A stretch of 64,000 nucleotides of DNA from Dorea sp. (GCA_050873945.1 JBNMJT010000001.1:6104-70103); one strand, 5' to 3'. Numbered from the stretch's first letter, positions 18,593 through 29,569 are shown. Notes: a model not told the origin generated them from the letters alone. Made by a program: numbers and translations.

Positions 18593-20014
18593 GTGACCTA
18601 TAAAGAAGCAAGGGTATATTTGGACGAGATGTCGAAATACGGAAGTGTACTTGGCTTAGATACGATTCGAGGTCTGTTGCGTGAACTTGGGAATCCCCAG
18701 GATGATCTGAAGTTCATACATATTGCAGGAACGAATGGAAAAGGATCTGTGCTTGCATACACTTCAACGATATTAAGTAAGGCAGGATACAAAACCGGGC
18801 GATATGTTTCACCGACAGTGATTTCTTATCTGGAGAAGATACAGATAGATGGGGAATGGATCTCTGAATCGGAATTCGCAGAGATCACGGAGGAGATAAA
18901 AGAAGCGATCGACCGGCTTGCATGTAAAGGAGAACCTGTCCCGACAGTGTTCGAAGCAGAGACGGCGATGGCTTTTTTGTATTTTAAGAAACAAAATTGT
19001 GATCTGGTTGTACTGGAGACCGGTCTTGGCGGTGAGACGGACGCAACGAATGTGATTCGGAATACGGTCTGTGCAGCATTTGCAACAATCAGTGTGGATC
19101 ATCTGGGTGTGATCGGCGATACACTGGAAGAGATCGCGCAGACGAAGTCAGGGATCATCAAACCAGGATGTACGGTAGTATCTGCAAGGCAGCAGGAGAA
19201 TGTCAGACAGATCCTGCAAAAGAAAGCAGACGACATGGGCTATACATATACAGAAGCAGAGCCGGACCGGATGACAGTCGAAGCAGAAGATTACAAAGGA
19301 CTTACATTTTCATATAAAGGATATGCACATATGCAGAGCCACATTGCAGGCGAGTGCCAGAGAGAGAATCTTGCGACGGCACTGGAAGTGATCGATAGTC
19401 TTAAGAAACTGGGATATCAGATCACGGAAGAGGCAGTGAGGGCAGGTATTGATGCGACAAGATGGGCGGGACGCTTTACCTGTCTGTCAGAGGATCCGGT
19501 GGTGATCGTGGATGGTGCGCATAATGAGGATGCGGCGAAGAAGCTTAAGATATCGATCGAGCGGTATTTTACGGGCGAAAGTCTGCCGGAAGAAAAGAAA
19601 AAAGAGATTATCCTGATCATGGGAGTATTCAAAGATAAAGAATATGACAAGATCGTACACATCCTGTGTCCAGGTGTAAAGCGTGTGTATACAGTAGATC
19701 TTCCGAATAAGGAGCGTACACTGCCGGCGGAGAAGCTTGCAGCGTGTGTCAGAGACAGTAAAAAAGAACGGATGAAATATATGGATCCGGGCGTACAGGA
19801 TCCGGATGGAAATGACAGAGACAAAACAGACGATAAGATGGATGTATCTGCAGAAAAAAGTATAGAAGATGCCGTAACAAAAGCATATACATATGCAGCA
19901 GAAGATACAGAGAACCGGGCTGTGATTGCGTGTGGATCGCTGTCATACTTAAGTGAAGTGATCCGGTGTGTAGAAGAATGTACAGAGAATCCGAATAGAA
20001 AGGAAAGAATATGA
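18593..20014 (+). CDS. folC: Folylpolyglutamate synthase/dihydrofolate synthase
   Basis: [33 protein letters not shown]. Confidence 0.95.
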   Translation: MTYKEARVYLDEMSKYGSVLGLDTIRGLLRELGNPQDDLKFIHIAGTNGKGSVLAYTSTILSKAGYKTGRYVSPTVISYLEKIQIDGEWISESEFAEITEEIKEAIDRLACKGEPVPTVFEAETAMAFLYFKKQNCDLVVLETGLGGETDATNVIRNTVCAAFATISVDHLGVIGDTLEEIAQTKSGIIKPGCTVVSARQQENVRQILQKKADDMGYTYTEAEPDRMTVEAEDYKGLTFSYKGYAHMQSHIAGECQRENLATALEVIDSLKKLGYQITEEAVRAGIDATRWAGRFTCLSEDPVVIVDGAHNEDAAKKLKISIERYFTGESLPEEKKKEIILIMGVFKDKEYDKIVHILCPGVKRVYTVDLPNKERTLPAEKLAACVRDSKKERMKYMDPGVQDPDGNDRDKTDDKMDVSAEKSIEDAVTKAYTYAAEDTENRAVIACGSLSYLSEVIRCVEECTENPNRKERI

Positions 20015-20568
20015 TAGATCATGAGAAGATAGAACAGGCAGTGCGCCTGCTCCTGGAAGGAATGGGAGAAGATGTGAACCGGGAAGGGTTGATCGATACA
20101 CCGGACCGGATCGCAAGAATGTATGAAGAGATATATGGAGGCATGGATGAGGATGCCGGAAAGCACCTCTCCAAGACATTTACCGTTGACAGTCATGAGA
20201 TGGTGGTAGAGAAAGATATTACATTTTATTCTACGTGTGAACATCACCTTCTTCCTTTTTACGGAAAAGCACATATTGCATATATTCCGGATGGAAAAGT
20301 AGTAGGACTTAGCAAACTGGCGCGCACGGTCGAAGTATTCGCAAGAAGACTGCAGCTTCAGGAACAGCTTACCGGACAGATCGCCGATGCACTGATGGAG
20401 CATATGCAGCCGAAAGGTGCCATGGTCATGATCGAGGCAGAGCATATGTGTATGACGATGCGTGGGATCAAGAAGCCGGGAAGCCAGACCGTGACGATCG
20501 CAAGACGTGGTGTATTTGAGACAGATCCGGCGCTGGAAGAGAGATTCTTCCGTATGCTTGGACGGTAA
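20011..20568 (+). CDS. folE: GTP cyclohydrolase I
   Basis: [32 protein letters not shown]. Confidence 0.97.
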   Translation: MIDHEKIEQAVRLLLEGMGEDVNREGLIDTPDRIARMYEEIYGGMDEDAGKHLSKTFTVDSHEMVVEKDITFYSTCEHHLLPFYGKAHIAYIPDGKVVGLSKLARTVEVFARRLQLQEQLTGQIADALMEHMQPKGAMVMIEAEHMCMTMRGIKKPGSQTVTIARRGVFETDPALEERFFRMLGR

Positions 20569-20591
20569 AAAAGAAAGAGATACAGATATAG

Positions 20592-21113
20592 ATGAAAAAA
20601 GTAACAGGAACACAGGACAGAATGCCCCGCCTGAATGCTGTGGTGAATCATGAGATATATCAGACATACTATAAGCGTATTCAGGAATGTGAGGCAGACA
20701 GGATCTTCTGCTGTCATCAGATGAACCATCTTCTGGATGTGGCAAGAATTGCCTATATTAAGAATCTGGAAGAGGGACTCGGATTCGACAAGGAGCTGAT
20801 CTATGTGGCAGCAGTGCTGCATGATATTGGAAAATCGTTCCAGTACCGTCAGCAGATCCCGCATGAGATTGCAGGAGAGAAAATAGCGAAACAGATATTG
20901 GATTCGCTTCCGGACGGGGTTACATTTACAGACGAAGAGAAGAAACTGATCTGTCTGGCGGTCAAAGGGCACCGCAGACGGCACGAACATATGCAGCCGA
21001 TAGAAGAACTGTTTTATGAAAGCGATAAACGCTCCAGAATGTGCCTTTCCTGCGCAGCAGAGAAGAAATGCAACTGGAGTGAGGAAGAGAAGAATATGGA
21101 GATAAGAATATGA
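20592..21113 (+). CDS. HD-domain phosphohydrolase inside the folate operon (candidate dihydroneopterin triphosphate pyrophosphatase)
   Basis: HLLDVARIA...AVLHDIGK...H...H...YESDK HD pattern; between folE and folP. Confidence 0.75.
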   Translation: MKKVTGTQDRMPRLNAVVNHEIYQTYYKRIQECEADRIFCCHQMNHLLDVARIAYIKNLEEGLGFDKELIYVAAVLHDIGKSFQYRQQIPHEIAGEKIAKQILDSLPDGVTFTDEEKKLICLAVKGHRRRHEHMQPIEELFYESDKRSRMCLSCAAEKKCNWSEEEKNMEIRI

Positions 21114-21925
21114 TCATAGGCGGAAAAAAATTTGATACAGTAAATCACACATATATTATGGGAATCCTGAACGTGACGCCGGATTCCTTTTCAGACGGCG
21201 GAAAGTTTAACGGAATGGATGCCGCGATGGCACATGCACGCCAGATGGTAGAAGAAGGTGTGGATATCATCGATGTTGGCGGAGAATCTACGCGTCCGGG
21301 ACACATTCAGATCACGGATGAGGAAGAGATTGCAAGAGTGACGCCAATTATTGAAGCGCTTAAGAAAGAATTTGATGTACCGGTGTCGATCGACACATAC
21401 AAAAGTCATGTGGCAGAGACTGCACTTCAGGCAGGAGCAGATCTTGTCAATGATATCTGGGGATTGAAATATGATGAGAAGATGGCGGGCGTGATCGCAA
21501 AGTATCAGGCTGTATGCTGTCTGATGCATAACCGTGAAACGGCAGAATATCAGAATTTCCTGAAAGATTTCATGGACGATATGAAAGAATGTGTAAGACT
21601 TGCAAAAGAAGCAGGAATTGCAGATGACAAGATCATCCTGGATCCGGGGGTAGGATTCGGAAAGACTTATGAGATGAATCTGGAGATCATCGACAAGATG
21701 GAGATCCTGAACGAACTGGGATATCCGGTACTGCTTGGAACATCGAGAAAATCCGTGATCGGACTGACACTGGATCTTCCGGTGACGGAACGGGAAGAAG
21801 GTACGATGGTTACTACGGTATATGGAGTACAGAAGGGCTGTGCATTCGTGCGTGTTCACGATGTAGAGAAGAATAAGAGAGCCATTCAGATGACGAAAGC
21901 AATCATGCGGGGACATGAGGTATAA
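21110..21925 (+). CDS. folP: Dihydropteroate synthase
   Basis: MGILNVTPDSFSDGG, GGESTRPG, DPGVGFGK, SRKS, VRVHDV. Confidence 0.97.
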   Translation: MIIGGKKFDTVNHTYIMGILNVTPDSFSDGGKFNGMDAAMAHARQMVEEGVDIIDVGGESTRPGHIQITDEEEIARVTPIIEALKKEFDVPVSIDTYKSHVAETALQAGADLVNDIWGLKYDEKMAGVIAKYQAVCCLMHNRETAEYQNFLKDFMDDMKECVRLAKEAGIADDKIILDPGVGFGKTYEMNLEIIDKMEILNELGYPVLLGTSRKSVIGLTLDLPVTEREEGTMVTTVYGVQKGCAFVRVHDVEKNKRAIQMTKAIMRGHEV

Positions 21926-21930
21926 AAAGA

Positions 21931-22764
21931 GTGAGGAATGAGATGAAACTGGACAAGATAAAGATAGAAGATCTGGAAGTATTTGCCAATCATGGTGTAT
22001 TTCCGGAGGAGAATGTACTGGGGCAGAAATTCGTGGTATCGGCGGTTATGTATACAGATACCAGACTGGCCGGACTGACGGATGAGCTGACGGCATCTAT
22101 TCATTATGGAGAGGCAAGTGCATTTATCACAGAGTACTTAAAAAGTCATACATTTAAACTGTTGGAGAAGGTTGCAGAAGGTCTGGCAGAGGAGATGCTG
22201 GTGCGTATAGCGGGACTTCAGAAAGTGCAGATTGAGATCAAGAAACCGTGGGCACCGGTCGGACTGCCGCTTAAGACGGTCAGTGTAGAGATTGAACGGG
22301 AATGGCATACGGCATACATTGCACTGGGATCGAATATGGGGGACAGCAGAGGGATACTGGAAGATGCGGTCCGTGCACTGGATGAGCTGAAGAACACGAA
22401 GGTAGAGAAGGTATCGACATTCATTACGACACCTCCGTACGGGGTGACGGACCAGCCGGATTTCTTAAATGGATGTCTGAAGCTTTCTACGCTGTTTTAT
22501 CCGGAAGAACTGTTAAAAGAACTGAACCGTATTGAGAAGGAAGCAGGAAGAGAACGGATCATACACTGGGGACCGAGAACGCTGGATCTGGATATTATTT
22601 TCTATGATGATCTGGTTGTGGAGACGGATACTTTATGCATTCCGCATGTGGAGATGCATAAGCGGGAATTTGTACTGGAGCCGCTTCACGAGATTGCGCC
22701 TTACAAGCGTCATCCGGTATATGGAAAGACAGTCAGAGAGATGTTGGAAGAACTTCAAAAATAG
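21931..22764 (+). CDS. folK: Bifunctional dihydroneopterin aldolase / HPPK (FolB-FolK, SulD-like)
   Basis: ANHGVFPEE..GQKF and KKPWAP (FolB); IALGSNMGD, WGPRTLDLDI, IPH (FolK); alternative start 21943. Confidence 0.93.
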   Translation: MRNEMKLDKIKIEDLEVFANHGVFPEENVLGQKFVVSAVMYTDTRLAGLTDELTASIHYGEASAFITEYLKSHTFKLLEKVAEGLAEEMLVRIAGLQKVQIEIKKPWAPVGLPLKTVSVEIEREWHTAYIALGSNMGDSRGILEDAVRALDELKNTKVEKVSTFITTPPYGVTDQPDFLNGCLKLSTLFYPEELLKELNRIEKEAGRERIIHWGPRTLDLDIIFYDDLVVETDTLCIPHVEMHKREFVLEPLHEIAPYKRHPVYGKTVREMLEELQK

Positions 22765-22827
22765 GACAACAGTACCTGAACATGACAGAAAATTTACAGA
22801 AATAAAGGACAAGATGGGGAAAGTAAG

Positions 22828-23472
22828 ATGGATATTCAGGATTGGATTATATTTGCGATTGAGCTGATCGGAACGGTGGCGTTCTCAGCTTCGGGAGCAA
22901 TGGTTGGAATTGAGTGCAGCATGGATATATTTGGAGTCATTGTACTTGGTGTGTCAACGGCGGTTGGCGGAGGTATGATCCGTGACGTTATACTTGGGAA
23001 GGTACCTTCGGCACTTCTGCACCCGGTATATGTGATCTATGCGGTGGTCGCAGCGTTGATTGTATTTTTTATTATTTATTTCCGCAGAAAATACTTGCAG
23101 GATGGCTTTGGTGAGATTTATGATAAAATTATGTTAGCAATGGATTCTGTAGGACTTGGAATCTTTTCGGCAATGGGTGTGACAAAAGGTATCAGCTGCG
23201 GCTATATCGATAATACATTCCTGCTGGTCTTTCTGGGAACTATGACGGGAGTCGGAGGAGGATTGCTGCGGGATACAATGGCAGGGGTTGCGCCGTACAT
23301 ATTTGTAAAACATATTTATGCGTGTGCATCGATCGCCGGGGCATGGATCTGTGTGATCATATACAGAAGTTACGGTGAACTTCCGGCGATGGTGGTATCG
23401 TCACTGATCGTTATGCTGATACGTTTTCTTGCGGCACATTACAGATGGAATCTTCCAAGGATCAGAGAGTAG
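22828..23472 (+). CDS. Trimeric intracellular cation channel (TRIC/YadS) family membrane protein
   Basis: GTVAFSASGA..MDIFG..TAVGGGMIRD and second repeat TGVGGGLLRD. Confidence 0.9.
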   Translation: MDIQDWIIFAIELIGTVAFSASGAMVGIECSMDIFGVIVLGVSTAVGGGMIRDVILGKVPSALLHPVYVIYAVVAALIVFFIIYFRRKYLQDGFGEIYDKIMLAMDSVGLGIFSAMGVTKGISCGYIDNTFLLVFLGTMTGVGGGLLRDTMAGVAPYIFVKHIYACASIAGAWICVIIYRSYGELPAMVVSSLIVMLIRFLAAHYRWNLPRIRE

Positions 23473-23504
23473 GGAATGAACATCCGGATGAGGGAGGAGC
23501 ATAT

Positions 23505-25421
23505 ATGAGTGATATCATGACAATGGAACAGGTGAAAGAAGAAATGCGTCATTTCCGGAAAATATTTCAGATGGTGCGTCTTTTCCGGATGATGAGGAAT
23601 ACAGATCAGGGACAGGTGGAGAAAGAAGTGGTCATAGAATGGGGACGCGAAGAACTCCAAAGTGCCCGGAAGCCGTGCGAAGAGTGTGTAATAGAAGAAG
23701 CATTCACCGCAGGGGAAGAAAAAGGAAAGTTTGAGATATTTGAAGGAAAGCTTTATCAGGTAATTGCGCGGTGTATTGAGATTGATGGAGAACCGTATGT
23801 GATGGAGCTGATCCGGAGTCTGGATACGAACTGGTCGCTTGGAAAACTGAATCACGAAAGAGTGGTTAACCTGTTCATGCATTATAATGATAAGCTGTAT
23901 AAAGATGCAGTTACAGACACCTATAACCGCAGATATTATGAGGATGAGGTGAAGGATTCGGATGAATCGGCAGGAGTCGCTCTCATAGATCTGGATGATT
24001 TTAAGTTATATAACGATACATACGGACATAATGCGGGAGATACTGTGTTATGTGCAGTTGCAGATGTGATCAAGAGCAGTATCCGCAGGTCAGACCGTCT
24101 GATCCGTTTCGGAGGGGATGAATTCCTGCTGGTGATGCCTGGGATTGAAGAGGAAGCATTTGTAAAGAAATTAAACGGAATTCAGCAGAAAGTCAATACG
24201 ACGGTAATCCCGGGGTATTCCAATATCCAGCTGTCGATCAGTGTCGGTGGTGTGATCAGTAATGCGGAGAAGATTGAGGCAGCTGTGGAGCGGGCTGATC
24301 ATCTGATGTATCAGGCGAAAGACAGCAAGAATATGGTTGTGACAGAGCAGGATCAGAAAGTTCCGGATACAACAGGCAGACAGAAGATCCTGGTCGTGGA
24401 TGATTCGGAGATGAACCGGGCAATCCTGGTTGAGATGCTGAAGGAAGAATTCGAGATCATTGAAGCAGAGAATGGAAGACAGGGGCTGCAGCTTCTCAGA
24501 AAATATGGGAAGAAGATATCAGTGGTGTTGCTGGATATTGTGATGCCTGTAATGGATGGGTTTGAAGTGCTGACGGTTATGAACCGGAATCATATGATCG
24601 ATGACGTTCCGGTCATTATGATATCAAGTGAGGAGTCAGAGGCATATATCCGGCGTGCATTTAACTTTGGCGTGTCGGACTATATCAGCAGACCGTTTGA
24701 CTGCGATGTCGTGTATCAGAGAGTATTTAATACGATCAAACTATATGCAAAGCAGAGACGTCTGATTGCCATGGTATCTGACCAGATGAAGGAAAAAGAA
24801 AAGAATAACCAGATGATGGTTGAGGTGTTAAGCCAGATCGTAGAGTTCCGTAACGGAGACAGCGGACTGCATGTCCTGCATATCAAGACACTGACAGAGA
24901 TGCTGATCGAACAGCTGGTACAGAAGACGGATCAGTATAAGTTATCACCGAATGACTGTCATATGATCGCGACAGCGTCAGCATTTCATGACATAGGAAA
25001 GATAGGAATTGACGAGAAAATATTAAATAAACCTGGAAAACTTACGACGGATGAATTTGAACAGATGAAGCAGCATACATTGATCGGAGCATCCATGCTG
25101 GAGAAGATGGACCGGTATAAGGATGAACCTCTGATTTCAATTGCCTATCAGATATGCAGATGGCATCATGAACGTTATGATGGAAGAGGATATCCGGATA
25201 AATTAACGGGGGAGGAGATTCCGATCTCTGCACAGGTCGTATCGCTTGCGGATGTATATGATGCCCTGATCAGCGAACGTGCGTACAAGAAAGCATTTTC
25301 TCATGAGAAGGCGATGGAAATGATCCTTGGAGGTGAATGTGGCACATTTAATCCGCTTCTGCTTGAAATTCTGGTGGAAATGCAGGATAAGATCAAACAG
25401 AAGATGGAAAAGATCGGCTAA
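23505..25421 (+). CDS. GGDEF-REC-HD-GYP c-di-GMP signalling protein
   Basis: RRSD..RFGGDEF; ILVVDDSE..LLDIVMP; FHDIGK..HHERYDGRGYP; RBS GGAGG before ATG 23505. Confidence 0.92.
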   Translation: MSDIMTMEQVKEEMRHFRKIFQMVRLFRMMRNTDQGQVEKEVVIEWGREELQSARKPCEECVIEEAFTAGEEKGKFEIFEGKLYQVIARCIEIDGEPYVMELIRSLDTNWSLGKLNHERVVNLFMHYNDKLYKDAVTDTYNRRYYEDEVKDSDESAGVALIDLDDFKLYNDTYGHNAGDTVLCAVADVIKSSIRRSDRLIRFGGDEFLLVMPGIEEEAFVKKLNGIQQKVNTTVIPGYSNIQLSISVGGVISNAEKIEAAVERADHLMYQAKDSKNMVVTEQDQKVPDTTGRQKILVVDDSEMNRAILVEMLKEEFEIIEAENGRQGLQLLRKYGKKISVVLLDIVMPVMDGFEVLTVMNRNHMIDDVPVIMISSEESEAYIRRAFNFGVSDYISRPFDCDVVYQRVFNTIKLYAKQRRLIAMVSDQMKEKEKNNQMMVEVLSQIVEFRNGDSGLHVLHIKTLTEMLIEQLVQKTDQYKLSPNDCHMIATASAFHDIGKIGIDEKILNKPGKLTTDEFEQMKQHTLIGASMLEKMDRYKDEPLISIAYQICRWHHERYDGRGYPDKLTGEEIPISAQVVSLADVYDALISERAYKKAFSHEKAMEMILGGECGTFNPLLLEILVEMQDKIKQKMEKIG

Positions 25422-25473
25422 GCTGTTTTGCAGGATTGGATGTAAAATTATGCAAAAGTATGAAAATTTATAC

Positions 25474-25501
25474 TTGACTTTTGAAATGACAGGTTTATAA
25501 T
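25474..25501 (+). promoter_or_regulatory. Sigma-A promoter for the T-box leader
   Basis: TTGACT-16bp-TATAAT. Confidence 0.7.
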
Positions 25502-25538
25502 AAGGACTTGTAAAAAACACATATAGTTCACCGAAATT

Positions 25539-25800
25539 CGTTGATGAGAACAATGCCGTATCTATCGTTATTTCACAGAGAGCCTGCGGTTGGTGGAAGC
25601 AGGTAATAAGCAGATAAGGATATCCTCTCTAAGAAGCGGGTTGAAAGCAATATCAAAGTAAACCTCGCCGGTATCCCCCGTTACAGGGAACATGTATGAT
25701 AGTACGTGAATGAGAGCTGTAGAATGATTCTACAGAATTAGGGTGGTAACGCGGATAGATTTCGTCCCTTTTCAGAGTATACTCTGGAAAGGGACTTTTT
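25539..25800 (+). promoter_or_regulatory. T-box riboswitch (tRNA-sensing antiterminator) with intrinsic terminator
   Basis: AGAGA and GGTGGAA stem-I boxes; T-box AATTAGGGTGGTAACGCGG at 25736-25754 pairing with CGTCCCT; terminator GTCCCTTTTCAGAG...CTCTGGAAAGGGAC-TTTTT. Confidence 0.93.
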
Positions 25801-25862
25801 GTATATCAAAGTATGCAGGAGAAATTTGGTGGACGGTGATTGCTTAAAGGAGGAGAAGAGTA

Positions 25863-26888
25863 ATGAAAGCATTACAAAAAGCAAGCAAATTTTTATCAGA
25901 CTACACGTCAATCGTTGTAATCGCGATCGCAGTGGTTACATTTTTCCTTCCGTCTATGATGGGCTGGGTCAACCTGGCACTGTTCACAGATATGGTATCG
26001 AATAAGTTCACATGCCAGTCTATTATCATTGGTATTATTATGTTCAGTATGGGACTGACACTCACAACTGAAGATTTTAAGATTCTTGCACAGCGTCCGT
26101 TCGACATCTGTGTCGGCGCGATCGCTCAGTACCTGATCATGCCATTCCTTGCATTTGCACTTTCAAAAGTGCTGCATCTGCCGGATGGAATCGCACTTGG
26201 ACTGATCCTGGTAGGATGTTGTCCGGGAGGTGTATCTTCCAACATCATGTCTTATCTGTGCGGCGGCGACGTAGCATTCTCTGTAGGAATGACAACGGTA
26301 TCCACACTGCTTTCACCGGTTATGACACCACTGATGGTATCTTTCCTGGCAAGCGGTACACAGATCACGATCAAAGGACTTCCGATGTTCGTATCGATCA
26401 TCGAGACAGTTATCCTTCCTGTAGGTATCGGATTCTTATTAAATTATCTGTTTGGAAAGAATAAGACATTCCGTGAGCTCCAGAAAGTCATGCCGGGAGT
26501 TGCCGTTCTCGGACTTGCATGTGTTGTCGGCGGAGTGGTATCTTCACAGGGAGCCAAATTCTTCCAGTCAGGAGTTGTGATCTTTGTAGCAGTATTGCTT
26601 CATAACGGTCTTGGATATCTGCTTGGATATGGAGCCGGAAAACTGGTTGGTATGAATACATCTAAGAAGAGAACGATCTCTATTGAAGTTGGTATGCAGA
26701 ATGCAGGACTTGCAACAAACCTTGCAACAACGACAGCCCAGTTCGCATCCACACCGGAATCTGCAATTATCTGTGCAGTATCCTGCACATGGCATTCGAT
26801 CTCCGGAACATTACTTGCCGGATTATTTGCAATGCATGATAAGCGCAAAGAAAAAGTTACAGGAAATGTAGAAGCTGCAGCTCACTAA
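25863..26888 (+). CDS. Bile acid:sodium symporter (BASS, YocS/PanS-like) transporter
   Basis: MFSMGLTL, QYLIMP, GCCPGGVSSN, SIEVGMQNAGLA. Confidence 0.92.
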   Translation: MKALQKASKFLSDYTSIVVIAIAVVTFFLPSMMGWVNLALFTDMVSNKFTCQSIIIGIIMFSMGLTLTTEDFKILAQRPFDICVGAIAQYLIMPFLAFALSKVLHLPDGIALGLILVGCCPGGVSSNIMSYLCGGDVAFSVGMTTVSTLLSPVMTPLMVSFLASGTQITIKGLPMFVSIIETVILPVGIGFLLNYLFGKNKTFRELQKVMPGVAVLGLACVVGGVVSSQGAKFFQSGVVIFVAVLLHNGLGYLLGYGAGKLVGMNTSKKRTISIEVGMQNAGLATNLATTTAQFASTPESAIICAVSCTWHSISGTLLAGLFAMHDKRKEKVTGNVEAAAH

Positions 26889-26942
26889 TTGAGAGACGAA
26901 GCTGTCCGATGCGGAAATAATGCAATTATAAAATATTAAAAG

Positions 26943-27018
26943 AAAAAAGAAACAACACAGAAAGTCAATGTCATGAGATATAAAATGGCATCGTACAGAA
27001 TGTGTTGTTTCTTTTTTT
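26943..27018. terminator. Bidirectional terminator between convergent genes
   Basis: AAAAAAGAAACAACACA...TGTGTTGTTTCTTTTTT. Confidence 0.6.
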
Positions 27019-27028
27019 GTGAAACTTA

Positions 27029-29569
27029 TTATTTGCAGTACTGACAGATTGCTTTTACGAGAGCTTCTATATTTAACGGTTTGGTGAAATGCTCGTTCAT
27101 ACCGGCTTCTTTACTCTTCTGGATATCTTCGACAAAAGAGTTGGCAGTCATGGCGAAGATCGGAATGGAGACAGCGTCCGGATGATCCAGTAGCCGGATC
27201 TGTCTGGCGGCTTCAAGTCCGTCCATGACCGGCATCATTACATCCATGAGGATCAGCTGGTACTCACCGGCAGAAGAATCCCGGAAAGTATCCACTGCTT
27301 CAAGTCCGTTCACAGCAGTGGTGACGACAGCTCCTTCGTCTTCCAGAAGTGAGCGGGCAATCTCTATATTCAATTCATTATCTTCGACAAGCAGGATACG
27401 GGTGCCGTCAATGGAGAGCGGCGAGCTGTCTGTTCCGGTAGTTTCCGGTAGTACTGAAGAATCAATCTTCAGTGTCAGTGTAATGATGAACGTGGTTCCC
27501 ACATCTTTTTTACTGTTCAGTTCAATCGTTCCACCCATGCGGTCGACCAGATCCTTTACGATAGAAAGACCAAGTCCTGTTCCGGCATAAGTAGTACGGG
27601 CGTTATCGTGTTCCTGGACAAATGGCTCAAATGCATGTTCCTGAAATTCCTCACTCATGCCGATACCGGTATCAGCGCAGGTAAATTCAAAGACGGCCTG
27701 TTCCGGTGCGGACGGGGATGGCAGTTCGCGGCAGCTGATGCGTATTTCTCCGCCGGACGGCGTGTATTTGATCGCATTTGTCATAATATTCTGTATGATC
27801 TGCCGGATATGGAGCGGACTTCCGATCAGATCCGGATGTGTCAGATCCAGTGATTCATTTATAAAATGAATATTTTTTTCCGCCGCCTGTACTTCGATGA
27901 AAGATACGGTTTCAGTGATGATCTCTTTCAGGTTGAACGATTTTTCTTCCAGAAGTACTTTGCCGGATTCGAGTTTGCTCATACGCAGCACATCATTGAC
28001 CAGATCCAGAAGATAATCCGAAGAAGAAAGAATCTTGTCCAGACATTCTTCTACATCTTCAGGATTCCGGATCCTGCGTCTGGCGATTGCGGCCATTCCG
28101 CGGATACCGTTGATCGGAGTACGTACATCATGGCTCATCCGGCGCAGGAAGGTCGTCTTGGCTGCGTTGGCAAGGTCCGCATCACGGGCAGTCTTTCGGA
28201 GTACTTCTTTATATTCTTCTTCTTTTGATTTGTAATCGTTAATATTACGGCTGGCGACAAGAGCAACGGTTACATTGCCATCATCATCGAGACGTTCCGG
28301 AATCAGATAAGTCGTATACCAGGTACCAGCGGTGTCCTGATAAATACAGCTGAGATATGTCTTATTCTTCAAACGTCCGGCAAGCGTGTCAAGATCTGCA
28401 AATGCTGCGAACTGAGCCCGGTATTCCGGTGCGATCACCTGTTCATGGATAACGTGCAGCATACGTTTGGTATCCCGGTTCCCTTTTAAGATGTGGGAAA
28501 GCTGCGGGGACAGGTGGATCGGTTCCGTTGTCTTTGACTTCAGATCGATCAGTGCTGTTGAAGAATAGAGGCTTGCAATTGCTTTGATGGTGCGGATCTG
28601 CTTTTGCTGCTTCAGATTCGATTCCAGCTGATAATGCTGGCGGATCAGGAGCATAACAATGCAGGCAATCGCATAGAATGCCACTGCAACGGCTGTGATC
28701 GGGATCATATTCGAGAAGATTTCGTTCGCCGAATAGAATACGTAAATATAATACTGACCATATACTTTGCGCAGGCCATACCAGCTTTTGCGGTTAAAAT
28801 GAATCCTGATCAGATCATCGGCAGTCCATTCCTGGGAATTCTTACTGTCCGTCAGCGGACTGTCGTTCACCGTGGTGAGACTTTGCAGTCCCGGTATATT
28901 CGTTGTAAGAACCTTTTTATTATCTGTGATGATAATACGTGGATTCTTGTGGAACGTATTATTCTTAAGCATTGTTTCAAAAGAAAGGGCATAGGTATCG
29001 GTCGTTTCTTTTTCTGTGTCTTTATAGCAGAGAATCAGGCCTTCTTTATCTTTACGGGAAACAACTGCAACATCATATGCTGTGCCATGAAGTGTAATGC
29101 GGTCCGTAAATGTCTTGTTCGGATAGTCTGTAAATGCATTCTGGTCATAATTGTGGATCTTCTTTTTCCACAAAGAATAGCCATCCGTTCCGGATAAGGT
29201 AATTCCGGCATCCTGATTAAGAGCTTTATCAAGAATCAGAATACCGGTCAGCCGCTGTTCGGAAGCATATTGTGAGAGAAAGGTCTGGTCTTCCAGAGTT
29301 TCGGTATTCATATGATTCCGCAGTGTGACCGTGTCACTGAGAACATCCTGCATAGATTCCGCAGCAGTGTCCAGCGCACTGTTCTCATACCGCTGGCAGG
29401 CATCTTCCAGGAAGGAAATGGTTTCGGATGCCAGAGAGATGGTTGTCTTCTGATCATTCTTATAGGTTCCGTTCAGAAGGAGAAAGAACAAGATCAGACT
29501 CAGCAGGACAATGATCAGAAAAAGCTGATACGGAGTCCAGTTCTTTTTCCTGTCTTTTTTAGTTGTCAT
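27029..29569 (-). CDS. Hybrid sensor histidine kinase/response regulator with extracellular sensor domain
   Basis: Two TM; MSHDVRTPING; NIMTNAIKYT; DTGIGMS; GTGLGLS; C-terminal receiver LLVEDN..LMDVMMP. Confidence 0.93.
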   Translation of the reverse strand: MTTKKDRKKNWTPYQLFLIIVLLSLILFFLLLNGTYKNDQKTTISLASETISFLEDACQRYENSALDTAAESMQDVLSDTVTLRNHMNTETLEDQTFLSQYASEQRLTGILILDKALNQDAGITLSGTDGYSLWKKKIHNYDQNAFTDYPNKTFTDRITLHGTAYDVAVVSRKDKEGLILCYKDTEKETTDTYALSFETMLKNNTFHKNPRIIITDNKKVLTTNIPGLQSLTTVNDSPLTDSKNSQEWTADDLIRIHFNRKSWYGLRKVYGQYYIYVFYSANEIFSNMIPITAVAVAFYAIACIVMLLIRQHYQLESNLKQQKQIRTIKAIASLYSSTALIDLKSKTTEPIHLSPQLSHILKGNRDTKRMLHVIHEQVIAPEYRAQFAAFADLDTLAGRLKNKTYLSCIYQDTAGTWYTTYLIPERLDDDGNVTVALVASRNINDYKSKEEEYKEVLRKTARDADLANAAKTTFLRRMSHDVRTPINGIRGMAAIARRRIRNPEDVEECLDKILSSSDYLLDLVNDVLRMSKLESGKVLLEEKSFNLKEIITETVSFIEVQAAEKNIHFINESLDLTHPDLIGSPLHIRQIIQNIMTNAIKYTPSGGEIRISCRELPSPSAPEQAVFEFTCADTGIGMSEEFQEHAFEPFVQEHDNARTTYAGTGLGLSIVKDLVDRMGGTIELNSKKDVGTTFIITLTLKIDSSVLPETTGTDSSPLSIDGTRILLVEDNELNIEIARSLLEDEGAVVTTAVNGLEAVDTFRDSSAGEYQLILMDVMMPVMDGLEAARQIRLLDHPDAVSIPIFAMTANSFVEDIQKSKEAGMNEHFTKPLNIEALVKAICQYCK

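Noticed and set aside
19750-19850. Charged low-complexity insertion in FolC C-terminal domain
   Set aside because: In frame and probably a variable loop; no evidence of function
19417-20745. 442-aa antisense ORF over folC/folE/HD
   Set aside because: Shadow of well-supported sense genes; no recognisable motifs
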